A DNA stretch of 25,732 nucleotides from Candidatus Omnitrophota bacterium. Lineage in GTDB: Bacteria > Omnitrophota > Gorgyraeia > Zapsychrales > Aceulaceae. The first letter of the stretch is position 1, and each line of letters starts with the position of its first letter. Below, piece by piece: positions 25,240-25,732 of the stretch. Below the pieces are notes generated by a model. It was not told the origin of the DNA and searched no databases. It worked only from the letters and a program-made list of their open reading frames with translations. The translations under genes were made by a program, and so were the position numbers. Location: positions 1-25,732 of the forward strand of contig JBAYLJ010000001.1 in NCBI GenBank assembly GCA_041664145.1, written 5' to 3'.

Positions 25240-25732
25240 ATGAGCCATAAAACAGCCGATCAACTTAAAAAGGAAGCAACAAAAGCTTTCAAAGAAATTC
25301 TTCCCAGGGCCTCTTCCTTAACACCTAAAGAACGCTTGACGATTCCTGCTCAAGATATGCCTTCTCAGGATCCGCATGAGCGACGAAAAAATATGTTTGA
25401 GGTAACGACAGGCTATTCTCAAGAACAAGTACGCCTAGAGTCCATGCGCTGCTTACAGTGCAAAAATGCTCCTTGTATCACGGGATGTCCGGTTGCCATT
25501 AATATTCCTGGTTTTATTCAAGCTGCTGGCGAAGGAGATTTTCAAAAGGCGATTAACATTATTAAGCAAAACAATGTGCTTCCTGCGATTTGTGGACGAG
25601 TTTGTCCTCAGGAAGAGCAATGTCAGACCAACTGCACGGTTGGAAAAGCTCTTAAAAATAGAAATCTTGCTGTTTCCATTGGGCGTATTGAGCGGTTTGT
25701 TGCTGACTGGGAGCGAGAAAACGGAAAAACAA
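25240..25732 (+). CDS. nfnB: NfnB/SudA (GltD-like) subunit, N-terminal part (3'-truncated; absent from the ORF track)
   Basis: ATG at 25240, open to the window end. Translates ...RCLQCKNAPCITGCPVAINIPGFI...NVLPAICGRVCPQEEQCQTNC...IGRIERFVAD, the 2x[4Fe-4S] region of the GltD/NfnB family. Follows nfnA. Confidence 0.88.
   Translation, partial: MSHKTADQLKKEATKAFKEILPRASSLTPKERLTIPAQDMPSQDPHERRKNMFEVTTGYSQEQVRLESMRCLQCKNAPCITGCPVAINIPGFIQAAGEGDFQKAINIIKQNNVLPAICGRVCPQEEQCQTNCTVGKALKNRNLAVSIGRIERFVADWERENGKT

Noticed and set aside
25240-25732. Glutamate synthase small subunit (gltD) call
   Set aside because: Adjacency to an NfnA/SudB-type gene favours NfnB. This cannot be fully excluded because the gene is truncated.

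Overview
A gene-dense chromosomal window of about 28 CDSs, all on the + strand, from a probably diderm, anaerobic bacterium. The gene content would fit an Omnitrophota/PVC-type organism, but this is inference only. In order it holds: a 5'-truncated DUF4912-like gene and three tandem GH57 alpha-glucan enzymes; YkgJ, DUF502 and DUF486 genes; a divergent PEPCK-superfamily protein; KtrB/KtrA; a LeuT-like NSS transporter with a 32-aa translationally coupled membrane peptide; pstSCAB1B2-phoU; DUF1846; a yeast-type cytosine deaminase; a lipoprotein acetolactate decarboxylase; a DUF2062/GNAT/PIG-L/AlgE-family porin block; a 200-bp intergenic region tiled with inverted repeats; and nfnA plus a 3'-truncated nfnB. 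The most striking observation is that the two PstB ATPases carry complementary motif defects. PstB1 has lost the Q-loop Gln and H-loop His, and PstB2 has lost the LSGGQ signature. This predicts an obligate heterodimer with one active and one degenerate ATP site. I found no rRNA, tRNA, CRISPR array or transposase. All family assignments come from motif recognition, not from database searches.
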